A stretch of DNA of 35,512 bases, taken from positions 1 to 35,512 of IMG/VR virus record IMGVR_UViG_3300046170_000151, one strand, 5' to 3'. Position 1 is the first letter of the stretch, and each line of letters starts with the position of its first letter. The DNA comes from a virus (taxonomy: Duplodnaviria > Caudoviricetes). The notes under the pieces were generated by a model that had not been told where the DNA came from, made no database searches, and saw only the letters and a list, made by a program, of their open reading frames with translations. Below are positions 6,626-14,771 of the stretch, piece by piece. The translations under genes and the position numbers were made by a program.

Positions 6626-6849
6626 GGAACCTTCGTGATGCCAATCTGTTCCTCAAGCGTGTCACGCGCTATCTGCTCTGCCTCTGACTGTAGAATAGTG
6701 GTCTTGGACGCATTCCATAGTCTTAACTGAACTTGAGCCGCCTCAGCGACAACGTGGTCATCAATCCACCAGCCACGGTACTTCTCAATAGCAGCCTTGT
6801 CAGTTGTCGCATAACCAAACTTTTCACCGTTACGAGTTAGCATCCACAT
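6619..6849 (-). CDS. Hypothetical protein
   Basis: Coupled ORF (TAATG) with SD GGAGG. Confidence 0.7.
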   Translation of the reverse strand: MWMLTRNGEKFGYATTDKAAIEKYRGWWIDDHVVAEAAQVQLRLWNASKTTILQSEAEQIARDTLEEQIGITKVPC

Positions 6850-7229
6850 TAGAAGTCCTCCCTTCTGACACCGTTGTAGTCATACATATCTAGTGGCGGT
6901 ACATCATTAAGGTCTGTGTACCTATTCCAGATTTTAGAATCTAGGTCATCCATGATTTCGCGCTTCGCGATGTCATAGAACTTTTCGTACTTAATAAAGA
7001 ACTCATCATGCGTGATCTCGCCAGCGAATGCTTTTGCCATGTCAACATGGAACTGCTGGCAGTCAGCTTCCGAGCTTTCGAAAAACATCATCTCTTGCAA
7101 TTCGTAAGGGGTTTCCTCAGTCCAGGCAATGACTAGTGCGTTAGATGCTGCGTCCGTTGCTTCTACACATCGGTTCTTTGGGTCTACCAGGTCGTCCAGA
7201 TTTTCGTCAATCGCGTCAATTAAAGTCAT
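6849..7229 (-). CDS. Acidic hypothetical protein
   Basis: SD AAAGGAG; Asp/Glu-rich. Confidence 0.8.
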   Translation of the reverse strand: MTLIDAIDENLDDLVDPKNRCVEATDAASNALVIAWTEETPYELQEMMFFESSEADCQQFHVDMAKAFAGEITHDEFFIKYEKFYDIAKREIMDDLDSKIWNRYTDLNDVPPLDMYDYNGVRREDF

Positions 7230-7252
7230 GTCATTCTCCTTTGGTTGGAATA

Positions 7253-7281
7253 ATACTGCCTACCAAAAACACAGGAGTCAA
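7253..7281 (-). promoter_or_regulatory. Possible sigma70 promoter for the leftward helicase operon
   Basis: TTGACT(7281-7276), 17 bp, CAGTAT. Confidence 0.4.
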
Positions 7282-7303
7282 CATATTTTGTTTACTTGTT
7301 ATA

Positions 7304-7480
7304 TCATTTTGTATCAACAACGCGCTCTCGCCCAATGGCCTGTTCAGTGGCGTGACAATCTGGACAGTACCAACAGACCCGGTACATCTGATATGTGTCA
7401 TCTGTTTGACGATGGTTAAAGCCTATGACTTCGCCCATTGTTTCACCACATCGGCATGGCTTCTCTGATAGGTCGTCCAT
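7304..7480 (-). CDS. Small Zn-ribbon protein (CRC...CPDC), 58 aa
   Basis: SD GGAG before ATG 7480 (MDDLSEKPC). Confidence 0.65.
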   Translation of the reverse strand: MDDLSEKPCRCGETMGEVIGFNHRQTDDTYQMYRVCWYCPDCHATEQAIGRERVVDTK

Positions 7481-7494
7481 TTTGATCTCCAAAT

Positions 7495-7910
7495 TACAGG
7501 CACAAGCGCCCATTTTCCCCCGCAAACACACCCACGGCATTAGGTGTCCTAGCGCTCCAAAACGGAAAGTCCGAAGACTTGGTACTCATTGCAACGATCC
7601 ACAGTGGTGAACCGCTCCCCCGCCAGACTTAACTGGAAGTTATTTCAATGCCTAGCTCGCGACCTGGTTGTGTGTGTTTGCGGGTTCCTGTTGACATGGG
7701 CGGGTCAGCGCAGGAGTTTTAGGTCGTTTGTCTCTCACATTTCTGCGGCTAATTTAAGGGTCAGCTACCCATGAGCCAGAGTACGTCAGGCTTTACCACA
7801 CGGACGGTATTAGACTTGGTTGGATCGTAAGGGATGGTGTAGAATGTCCCTTGTCGGGTTTCTACTTTCCTCATTCAAGTCAGAATTTAGGGCTGCTAAC
7901 CCACCGACAA
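7495..7910 (-). ncRNA. Putative ~410-nt structured RNA or replication-control leader
   Basis: Nested long-range stems (7507-7513/7696-7702; 7519-7531/7672-7684, 13 bp perfect; 7536-7541/7647-7652), cUUCGg hairpin 7567-7580 on -, promoter at 7915-7943, no credible ORF. Confidence 0.55.
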
Positions 7911-7914
7911 GTTA

Positions 7915-7943
7915 AGGATAGTCCCCTTGAGTTAGTTTTGCAA
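7915..7943 (-). promoter_or_regulatory. Leftward sigma70 promoter
   Basis: TTGCAA(7943-7938), 17 bp, TATCCT(7920-7915). Confidence 0.5.
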
Positions 7944-7980
7944 GCCCTGACACGATGTGAATCGCTCGGGGCTTTTTTTT
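7942..7980 (+). terminator. Rho-independent terminator with GNRA-capped hairpin
   Basis: AAGCCCTGA-CA-CGAT-GTGA-ATCG-C-TCGGGGC followed by T8. Confidence 0.75.
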
Positions 7981-8037
7981 ATCTTGTACAGGGACAAAAC
8001 AAAACAAAAATAATTAGTTTTGCCTCCTAGAAACTTC

Positions 8038-8066
8038 TTGCAGTTGGTAATCATATTCGGTAGATT
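8038..8066 (+). promoter_or_regulatory. Rightward sigma70 promoter of the recombination operon
   Basis: TTGCAG, 17 bp, TAGATT; SD AAGGAG downstream. Confidence 0.6.
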
Positions 8067-8088
8067 AGTCTACTCAAGGAGATTACTA

Positions 8089-8670
8089 ATGAAGCAATCA
8101 GAACAAATAAATGAACTAGCTGCGGCACTCGCCAAGGCTCAAGCAGTAATGCCAAAGGCTAAGATGTCTGGTGTTAATAGTCGGTTCGCTGACAAGGCAA
8201 CTGGCAAAACTGGCGCTTACGCAACCCTAGATGATATCCGTGACGCAGTTAAAAACACCCTCACTGCCAATGGCATCAGCTACACCCAGCATCCTTATTC
8301 AATCAATGGAGAGGTCGGCGTAGAGACTATGCTGATCCACTCTAGCGGCCAGTGGATGCGCTCACGCTTTGGTGTCCCTTCTGCCAAGCATGACAGCCAG
8401 GCTTACGGGTCAATCCTTACCTACGTTCGGAAATTCGCCTTAGCAGCTGCTGCCGGAGTTAGTACGCAGGAAGATACGGACGCTGACGAAGTGTCGCATG
8501 ATCCGCCATCTCCCACGATCTCCGTCAAACAGGTAGCTAAAATCCAGAACCTGTTGGCAGCCAAGAAGATAGATGAAAAGCGCATTCTCAAGTGGAAGAA
8601 CATTGAGAACCTTACTCAGCTTCGTGTGACAGACTTTGATGCAGCTTGCGAGATCATAGAAAAATTATGA
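8089..8670 (+). CDS. erf: Erf-family single-strand annealing protein
   Basis: SEQINELAAALAKAQ, YATLDDI, TMLIHSSGQW, QAYGSILTYVRKFAL, EDTDAD; start 8089 by SD. Confidence 0.9.
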   Translation: MKQSEQINELAAALAKAQAVMPKAKMSGVNSRFADKATGKTGAYATLDDIRDAVKNTLTANGISYTQHPYSINGEVGVETMLIHSSGQWMRSRFGVPSAKHDSQAYGSILTYVRKFALAAAAGVSTQEDTDADEVSHDPPSPTISVKQVAKIQNLLAAKKIDEKRILKWKNIENLTQLRVTDFDAACEIIEKL

Positions 8671-8855
8671 TGAAAGATCAGATAAAGTGCCGAGCTTGCT
8701 CAGAGAGAAAAGCGTCATTGGACACTATGTGTAAAAACTGTCTCAGGCTCTATCATTTACTTAATGAACTATGGAAACCAAATGCGAATTTCACAGGCTA
8801 TCCAGGGTACGACCGATTGGCTCACCGAACGAATTGGGTGCGTGACAGCGAGTAA
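8667..8855 (+). CDS. Small CxxC...CxxC protein
   Basis: ATGA coupling to erf; CRAC and CKNC; 3' part overlaps the exonuclease. Confidence 0.5.
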   Translation: MMKDQIKCRACSERKASLDTMCKNCLRLYHLLNELWKPNANFTGYPGYDRLAHRTNWVRDSE

Positions 8856-9378
8856 CTTCTCCAAGGTATTTACTACCGCAGGTAAGTTATCTACTAGCCG
8901 TGACGGTCTCATAAACCAACTGATCTCTGAGAACCTGCTTCAGAAGCCGACAGAGACGTTTAAGTCAGATGCCATGCAACGAGGTAACGACTTAGAGCCA
9001 GAGGCTAGAGCGTTAGCAGAATTGATGCTAGGCGTAGATATAGAGGAAACTGGCCTGATTAAGATGGACGACTATGAGATAGGCTGCTCTTCTGACGGTT
9101 TATGGGATGACACAGGCATCGAGATCAAGTGTCCTAATGCCAGTACGCACGTTGCATACTTGCGTAAAGGGAAAATCCCTACTACCTATGTACAGCAAGT
9201 CCAAGGGACAATGCTTGTTTTGGGGTTATCTGAATACTGGTTTCTCTCATACCATCCTGACTTAGAGCCACTTCTAATTAAGGTAAAGAGAGACGACAAA
9301 CTGTTAAACCTGGCAGAACCTTTACTTATTGAGACTGCTGAAATTATAAAATCTGAAACACAAAGACTAAGGAAATAA
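8782..9378 (+). CDS. YqaJ / lambda-exonuclease family protein
   Basis: QGTTDWLTERIGCVTAS, MQRGNDLEPEAR, GCSSDGL, IEIKCP, YVQQVQ. Confidence 0.92.
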   Translation: MRISQAIQGTTDWLTERIGCVTASNFSKVFTTAGKLSTSRDGLINQLISENLLQKPTETFKSDAMQRGNDLEPEARALAELMLGVDIEETGLIKMDDYEIGCSSDGLWDDTGIEIKCPNASTHVAYLRKGKIPTTYVQQVQGTMLVLGLSEYWFLSYHPDLEPLLIKVKRDDKLLNLAEPLLIETAEIIKSETQRLRK

Positions 9379-9380
9379 GA

Positions 9381-9656
9381 ATGACATACACACAAGTTCT
9401 TGAATACGCACTGTGGAAAAACGACAAACCTAACTCAGAAAGGTCTCCACAGATGACAGGAAAGGCTTCGTTTACCTGTCCTAACTGCCAAGTAGTAACA
9501 GAGAATATCTCTACAACTGCGTTTACTAACAAGCCTGATGGTTCTAATAAGCCATTAATTAAAGGCTCTGGCTCTATACGAACAGACAGCGAAGTAAATA
9601 CAGTTCCTGTAACTGCTGCGCCAGTTGTTGATTTTGACGATGACCTGCCATTCTGA
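9381..9656 (+). CDS. Probable single-stranded DNA-binding protein
   Basis: C-terminal acidic tail DFDDDLPF; position after SSAP and exonuclease. Confidence 0.6.
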   Translation: MTYTQVLEYALWKNDKPNSERSPQMTGKASFTCPNCQVVTENISTTAFTNKPDGSNKPLIKGSGSIRTDSEVNTVPVTAAPVVDFDDDLPF

Positions 9657-9877
9657 TGTACAAGTTTAACTTCGGCAAATCATTGAAGATTGCTCAAGAG
9701 ATCAACGGCATTAAGTCTGTTGATCTTGCGAAGCGATTCGATGTGCGAAAGCAGCATATCTCGCGATGGAGGCATATGGAAGACGCGCCTCTGTCGCTGG
9801 TCTGCAAAGTGGCTACTGAATTAGAACTCAGTCCTATAGAGTTCTTAAGATTAGGAGTCAACAATGCAGACATTTGA
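9656..9877 (+). CDS. Cro/C1-type HTH protein
   Basis: FGKSLK...DLAKRFDVRKQHISRW...LELSPIEF. Confidence 0.8.
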   Translation: MYKFNFGKSLKIAQEINGIKSVDLAKRFDVRKQHISRWRHMEDAPLSLVCKVATELELSPIEFLRLGVNNADI

Positions 9878-10061
9878 CGATCTTGAGGCAGCGTTAGAGG
9901 AAGCCAAGTATTGCGCAGTAGAAGAGCGTTTTAAATACTATGTATTTCAAAGAGACAATAGATATGTTGTGCGTAAGAAACACAGCTCTGTACGCTTCCA
10001 GACTCCGCATATCGAAGTGGGATTTAAATACGCTACGCTAGGCAGACCGCCTGATGTTTAA
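9864..10061 (+). CDS. Hypothetical protein
   Basis: SD AGGAG, ATG. Confidence 0.7.
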   Translation: MQTFDDLEAALEEAKYCAVEERFKYYVFQRDNRYVVRKKHSSVRFQTPHIEVGFKYATLGRPPDV

Positions 10062-10224
10062 CAACCAAAAACGCCCAAGGCATTACGCTGACGAGATACT
10101 TAATCTTAAAACACTAGAAGAGCGAAGGGCTGCTCTAAAAGAAGTCCCCACAGATCAACGTGAACGAGTTGAACTATATGTCAGAAACGAATTCGAGCGC
10201 AGGAAATACTCTCGCAAAGCTTGA
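10054..10224 (+). CDS. Hypothetical 56-aa protein (PRHYADEIL...EERRAALKEVP)
   Basis: Fills the gap in the operon; below the ORF-track cutoff. Confidence 0.6.
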   Translation: MFNNQKRPRHYADEILNLKTLEERRAALKEVPTDQRERVELYVRNEFERRKYSRKA

Positions 10225-10522
10225 GGAAATAACCAGAGAATACTCTGAGGCTGAAGCGAACAGAATGTATCTTATGGAGTTCCGTAAGTCGAAAAAGGCT
10301 ATACTTATGGCAGAGGCAGAAAGGACTAACCCCTCAATGCCAATAGCGAAGCAAGAGCGTTACGCCTACTCGCATCCTGAGTACCTACAGTTATTAGAAG
10401 GTCTCAAGGTAGCCATAGAACAAGCGGTAATGCTTAAGCATAAGATACAAGTATTTAATATGAGGTTTGAGCAATGGCGATCAACTCAGGCAACGACAAG
10501 AGCAGAGATGAATCTAAGATAA
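10178..10522 (+). CDS. Coiled-coil hypothetical protein (QERYAYSHPEY)
   Basis: Long helical ORF in operon; ATG 10178. Confidence 0.75.
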   Translation: MSETNSSAGNTLAKLEEITREYSEAEANRMYLMEFRKSKKAILMAEAERTNPSMPIAKQERYAYSHPEYLQLLEGLKVAIEQAVMLKHKIQVFNMRFEQWRSTQATTRAEMNLR

Positions 10523-10695
10523 CGTGGGAAAAGCCAAGAGATATACGTCAGCTTGAAAAGGTTGTACCAGTTACCAAGCGTCAATTCTCTCTGGAACTCC
10601 TATCAATGCGTTTCAATCAGTTTGATGATGAGACACAAAGACGAGCGCTGAAGGTTATGGACGCGCTAAGGACAGGTTACTTTTGCCGACTCTAG
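10474..10695 (+). CDS. Hypothetical protein
   Basis: SD GAGG; overlaps neighbours in the operon. Confidence 0.55.
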   Translation: MAINSGNDKSRDESKITWEKPRDIRQLEKVVPVTKRQFSLELLSMRFNQFDDETQRRALKVMDALRTGYFCRL

Positions 10696-11108
10696 CTCAG
10701 GTAAGAAAGAAATGCTTAGTGGCTATCCAGTTGTTAGCAAGGATATCTGCTGCTGATGAATACGGTTATGTAGAGTGTGTCAGTTGTGGCGTGGTTAAGC
10801 ATTACCGGGATGGGATGCATGGCGGTCATTACATAGCCAAAGGTCGCGGAGGCACTCACCATCTCGCGCTAGAGATCGAGAACGTCCACCCGCAATGCGC
10901 TGGCTGCAATCTACAGATGGGTAAAGGCGCAGGAACTGTTGCTCATAACTATCAGAAGTGGATGTATGACTACTATGGTAAAGACTATGTAGACGAAATG
11001 GTTAGCCGTCCTAACGTAGTCAAAAAGATATCGTTGCCAGAGTACGAGGATATGCTTGCCGAGTTTCAAGAGCAGATTAAATACCACGAGCAAAGGATAA
11101 TTATTTAA
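10683..11108 (+). CDS. ninG: NinG/Rap-like recombination endonuclease
   Basis: ECVSCG, MHGGHYI, ENVHPQCAGCN, YGKDYVD. Confidence 0.85.
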   Translation: MPTLAQVRKKCLVAIQLLARISAADEYGYVECVSCGVVKHYRDGMHGGHYIAKGRGGTHHLALEIENVHPQCAGCNLQMGKGAGTVAHNYQKWMYDYYGKDYVDEMVSRPNVVKKISLPEYEDMLAEFQEQIKYHEQRIII

Positions 11109-11596
11109 TGCAAATTATACTGAGTGACGCAGAACTAGAAAGATGTAAAAAATGCGCTGCTATCAGGACTAATAATGCAAGAAATAACGGAGTACCTAAC
11201 CAACGAGTAGCGTCGGATAAATCTGATCTGACTGTTGATTATATTGGTCTAGTAGGCGAGCTTGCCGTAGCTAAATATTTAGACGTTGAAGTAGAGCTGG
11301 AGAAGGTAGGAGCAGACAACGGTATTGACTTGATCTATGGCGACCTAACTGTAGATGTAAAAACAAGATCTTATCCCGGCAACGACCTAGTATTCAAAAC
11401 CCACAAAGCATTTAAGGCTCAAGTTGCAATACTCGCCAGGTTTAAACGCGAGAACTGTGTAGACATTCTAGGCTGCATGAGCCGTAATAAGTTTAAGCAA
11501 CACGCAACTCCAACAAGTTACGGATGCCTTCATGTATCTGAAGAACACTTGTATCCAATAGAATCTTTAATAGGTTACACACAGGAGCAGTCATGA
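11108..11596 (+). CDS. PD-(D/E)XK nuclease-like protein
   Basis: GLVGELAVAKYL...DNGIDL...VDVKT. Confidence 0.6.
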   Translation: MQIILSDAELERCKKCAAIRTNNARNNGVPNQRVASDKSDLTVDYIGLVGELAVAKYLDVEVELEKVGADNGIDLIYGDLTVDVKTRSYPGNDLVFKTHKAFKAQVAILARFKRENCVDILGCMSRNKFKQHATPTSYGCLHVSEEHLYPIESLIGYTQEQS

Positions 11597-11820
11597 AATC
11601 AACTGACTATCAGGTCGCTGGCGATCATTACAAGAAGCTAAAGATGCAGCCTATAGAGTACATCATGGCAAATCAGCTAGAATTTGCAGAAGGTTGTATT
11701 GTTAAATATATTTCTAGATGGCGTGAGAGAGGAGGAGTTGACGATCTGCGAAAAATCAAGCAGTACTGCGATTTCATCATTGAGTCAGAAATTGCCAAAC
11801 TAGAGAATGTTAAGCCGTAG
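11593..11820 (+). CDS. DUF3310 / T7 gp1.7-like nucleotide kinase domain protein
   Basis: QVAGDHYK, QPIEYI, EGCIVKYISRWRERGGVDDLRK. Confidence 0.85.
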   Translation: MKSTDYQVAGDHYKKLKMQPIEYIMANQLEFAEGCIVKYISRWRERGGVDDLRKIKQYCDFIIESEIAKLENVKP

Positions 11821-12230
11821 GATACCTGTTGGTAATAAGCATCTCTGTCAGCTCTATTGCTCGGTTGCCGACCTGCTTCGCCCACTTCGAGTCTAAGAAC
11901 TCATCCGCAGCCATAGTGAATTCACCGCGCTCCATGCAGGACAGAGCCTTGACGAACTTACGCAGCCTAGTCAATCCAAGGTTGAAGCAAAGCATAAGCA
12001 TGACTTCTTGTCGCACTCTGCTTAAATCTGAGTACCAAGGAAAACAGGCGATAAGCTCCCGGTCGCATCTGACAATATCATTATGCAGTAAGTACATAAT
12101 CTCATCGTCAGACAACCCAACGGTCATCAAGGTTACGACCGACTCCAATGGACACAGTGCCGACCGTATCCTCATAGGCCTTGTTCTGATAACCCTCATG
12201 CTTGATGAGGAGCTTTTCTAGTCTAGTCAT
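11810..12230 (-). CDS. T4-type lysozyme (GH24) endolysin, split by a +1 frameshift near 12122
   Basis: ATG 12230 frame gives LIKHEGYQNKAYEDTVGTVSIGVGRNLDD; the next frame gives VGLSDDE...RQEVMLMLCFNLG...DSKWAKQVGNRA. Confidence 0.85.
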
Positions 12231-12490
12231 TAGGATCGTTTAAATATTCCCACGGTATTAAAGAGAGTAACAACGCTAGAAACGATATCATGAGCAACAG
12301 GCTGCAACTTATCAAACTCAGCGTCAATATCATCAGCTTTAGCGATAGCCGCCTTAAGCATGATATCGAACGCCGCCAGCTTTTCTTTACCAGCTCCATC
12401 ATCAGGGATAGTCTCCTCAATCAATTTGACGATCTCTACTACCATTGACCAGAGACGCTTTACCCAACCTAAGTATTCAAACAAGCTCAT
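12230..12490 (-). CDS. Lysis-cassette protein (holin-like GAGKEK motif)
   Basis: Coupled to the endolysin (TAATG); amphipathic helices. Confidence 0.6.
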   Translation of the reverse strand: MSLFEYLGWVKRLWSMVVEIVKLIEETIPDDGAGKEKLAAFDIMLKAAIAKADDIDAEFDKLQPVAHDIVSSVVTLFNTVGIFKRS

Positions 12491-12696
12491 ATCTTACACT
12501 CCGCAGTTAATAAGATGGCCTCGATGCCATAGATGTTCGGTACGACTTCAACCCAGTGCGGGTTCACGATTACAGGCTTTACGCCGACACTACACCCCAA
12601 CCTTCTCAGATGTTGATAGTGTGAGCAGCCAGTTGACAGCAGCAAGAAACCCAACAGCCACAGAATCAACGGTAGCTTCGTCCACTGGTATCGCAT
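12487..12696 (-). CDS. Putative lipoprotein (spanin-like) overlapping the holin
   Basis: SD GGAGG 9 nt before ATG 12696; MRYQWTKLPLILWLLGFLLLSTG-C lipobox. Confidence 0.55.
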   Translation of the reverse strand: MRYQWTKLPLILWLLGFLLLSTGCSHYQHLRRLGCSVGVKPVIVNPHWVEVVPNIYGIEAILLTAECKI

Positions 12697-12844
12697 ACCC
12701 AAACGCCTCCGCAGCCTGTATAGCCGCCCATATCGCTCCTGTGAGCGCCGTAGCGGTTATCTGACGACTCTTCCACTTAGCTGGGTCAGCAACTGCCTTA
12801 CCCTTCTGTAGCGCCTTAAACGCCGTTCTAATCTTCGTCATCAT
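12590..12844 (-). CDS. Putative holin (2 TM)
   Basis: Basic N-terminus, two hydrophobic segments, lysis cassette position. Confidence 0.6.
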   Translation of the reverse strand: MMTKIRTAFKALQKGKAVADPAKWKSRQITATALTGAIWAAIQAAEAFGYAIPVDEATVDSVAVGFLAAVNWLLTLSTSEKVGV

Positions 12845-13022
12845 CGTATTCGTCCTCCAGAAGATTGTAGGCCAGAGAGGTCTTGTATATCTCCATCAGA
12901 CCTATCAAGCTAACCTGGTTCACGCCCTTCTCTACATACTCTTCGACCCACTCACCGAGCTTATCCATCGCTTCCTCGGTCAATCTGTCGCTTATTTTAT
13001 CTGGAAAGGGGATGGTTTCCAT
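12828..13022 (-). CDS. Hypothetical protein
   Basis: SD AGGA; acidic C-terminus. Confidence 0.65.
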   Translation of the reverse strand: METIPFPDKISDRLTEEAMDKLGEWVEEYVEKGVNQVSLIGLMEIYKTSLAYNLLEDEYDDDED

Positions 13023-13024
13023 AG

Positions 13025-13282
13025 TTATCCTAAGAATCTAAACGCTGCGCCAATCGCGGCAGCTACGACTAACCATACGATACGCTCGGCTGACTTACCT
13101 TTTATCACGCTTTCCGATAAACGATCTACCTTGTCATCGAGACCATTCACCTTAGACTCAATAGAAGACTGGCGATTAAAAACCGTCACTAACTGCTCTT
13201 CAACACGCGCCAGAGAGATAACCGCCTCTTGGAGCTTGTCAATTTTAGCTTCTACCCGGTGTAATCGGTCTTCCATTTTCAT
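13025..13282 (-). CDS. Coiled-coil protein with C-terminal TM (XhlA/holin-accessory-like)
   Basis: RLHRVEAKIDKL...LARVEEQ...IVWLVVAAAIGAAF. Confidence 0.7.
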   Translation of the reverse strand: MKMEDRLHRVEAKIDKLQEAVISLARVEEQLVTVFNRQSSIESKVNGLDDKVDRLSESVIKGKSAERIVWLVVAAAIGAAFRFLG

Positions 13283-13284
13283 AC

Positions 13285-14472
13285 CTATAGCGTCAGGTCA
13301 GGAGCTTTGCGAGAAGCTCTGATTTGGTAAACGTGACGGATAGCTTCGCCGCCATCCTTGTGGAATGTAATCTGATTCATCACACTGGACGCACCGTACC
13401 CAGCTCCTGAATGCCAAGAGTCGGGAGGAGACAACGTCCCCATCGCTTCCACGAAACACCCATTAGATGTCTCGATAGAGTTCTGATGATGGATATGTCC
13501 GACAATCCACTTTCTATACACTGTGCTTGACCACTGCTCAGGTAGCATTTTCGGTAGGATTGCTCCTAGTTTCTCTGCCTTAACCTTGTCACCGTGGTGT
13601 ACAGCTATGAGGTTCTTGCCAAACTGTAGCGTATGGAAAAAACCGTGAGGGTCTAAGATAGTTACCCTTTTCTCTTGCGTATAATAAAACTTCAGTATCA
13701 ATGCAAGAGCAATTGCTGTATCTGAGTCATGGTTACCACGAGCCATGATGACAGTGACATTCTTGTGCTTAGATAGCATCTTGTCTATCGCGAAGATAAA
13801 CGTCTGTGCTGCTGTCTCTAGCACTACTTCGATTCTTGTATCTACGTCTAATTTTGTGCCTGAAAAAGTAGTACCACTTGATCCATTGGCGTGGATAAAA
13901 TCACCAACATTAATAAGCAATGAGTGTTCGCAAGGGGTAGATAAGTCCACGAGATAATCTATAGCGTCAAGCATATCTGCCGAGGCTATCTTTGTATCGT
14001 AGTCTCTTTCCTTTGTTTCCCTTGCGTCAGCCCTCATGCCGAAGTGTGCGTCACCTATCACTATCGTAGGTAGTAGGTCATCAGCAAACTTCTTAGCCTT
14101 GGGTTTGGCTTTAGGCTTGTACTTCGGAAGACCTTTAACAAGACCATCAACAAAACCTTGCAGAGCTTTATCCCGCTCTGCTTCGGTTATTGTGCGTTTA
14201 GTTTTTAACCACGCCTTGTTACCTTCATCGTCAGAAGTGTAGATACTACGTCCAATGACTATCTCGCCCTCTGGAACGTGACGAGTCGCATCCCAATTCC
14301 CAGAGTAACCCGCCGCAGCCGCAGCATTTTTAACCGTACCAATATGGTCGCGGAGTGTAGACGGAGAAATACCCAAGACACCCGCCGCTTTAGCAACAAC
14401 TTCACCGCAGTCTTGCCACGCTTTAATCGCTTCGCGTTGGCGTTCTGTCTTTGCGTAATCAATCAGGCTCAA
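13285..14472 (-). CDS. Calcineurin-like metallophosphoesterase with N-terminal HTH
   Basis: GDAHFG, GDFIH, GNHD, HHGD, GHIHH; AAGVLGISPSTLRD HTH. Confidence 0.88.
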   Translation of the reverse strand: MSLIDYAKTERQREAIKAWQDCGEVVAKAAGVLGISPSTLRDHIGTVKNAAAAAGYSGNWDATRHVPEGEIVIGRSIYTSDDEGNKAWLKTKRTITEAERDKALQGFVDGLVKGLPKYKPKAKPKAKKFADDLLPTIVIGDAHFGMRADARETKERDYDTKIASADMLDAIDYLVDLSTPCEHSLLINVGDFIHANGSSGTTFSGTKLDVDTRIEVVLETAAQTFIFAIDKMLSKHKNVTVIMARGNHDSDTAIALALILKFYYTQEKRVTILDPHGFFHTLQFGKNLIAVHHGDKVKAEKLGAILPKMLPEQWSSTVYRKWIVGHIHHQNSIETSNGCFVEAMGTLSPPDSWHSGAGYGASSVMNQITFHKDGGEAIRHVYQIRASRKAPDLTL

Positions 14473-14524
14473 AGTTTATATCCTATGCAATTTATATAGT
14501 CTAACTACCCAAATGACATAGTTT

Positions 14525-14749
14525 TTAAACTTCAAACGAATCATCAACAGTCTCTAAAGACTCAGTAAGCATCTTCAAGAAAGAATCCTTACCCACTTGT
14601 AGCTGCTGTAACTGGAAGTTCATGTTGCCAATCTTCCTGTCCAGATCAAGACAGTGATTCGTCATAGCAATCTGCTCTTCAGTGAATATAGCTGTGTCAT
14701 ATTCAACATCGTTTATCGTAATCATCTGAGGCTTGTTGTCTTTGCTCAT
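14525..14749 (-). CDS. Small coiled-coil tail-region protein
   Basis: SD AGGAG; ITINDVEYD followed by a coiled coil. Confidence 0.75.
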   Translation of the reverse strand: MSKDNKPQMITINDVEYDTAIFTEEQIAMTNHCLDLDRKIGNMNFQLQQLQVGKDSFLKMLTESLETVDDSFEV

Positions 14750-14771
14750 TAGATTTTCTCCTAGTTAAAAA

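Larger units (their letters stand above)
7850..7980 (+). ncRNA. Putative ~130-nt antisense sRNA
   Basis: -10 TAGAAT(7840-7845); stem CTTGTCGG(7850-7857)/CCGACAAG(7904-7911) enclosing GGG-CTGCTAA-CCC; ends in a terminator. Confidence 0.5.

Noticed and set aside
7129-7774. Plus-strand ORFs 7129-7419, 7145-7468, 7425-7610 and 7589-7774
   Set aside because: Antisense to better genes or lying in the structured region; no SD and no motifs.
7850-7911. tRNA gene
   Set aside because: Has a closing stem but no T-loop TTCRA, D-loop or CCA, and is too short.
11810-12199. 129-aa lysozyme starting MRVIRTRP
   Set aside because: Its N-terminus lacks the catalytic motif, which lies in the neighbouring frame starting at 12230.
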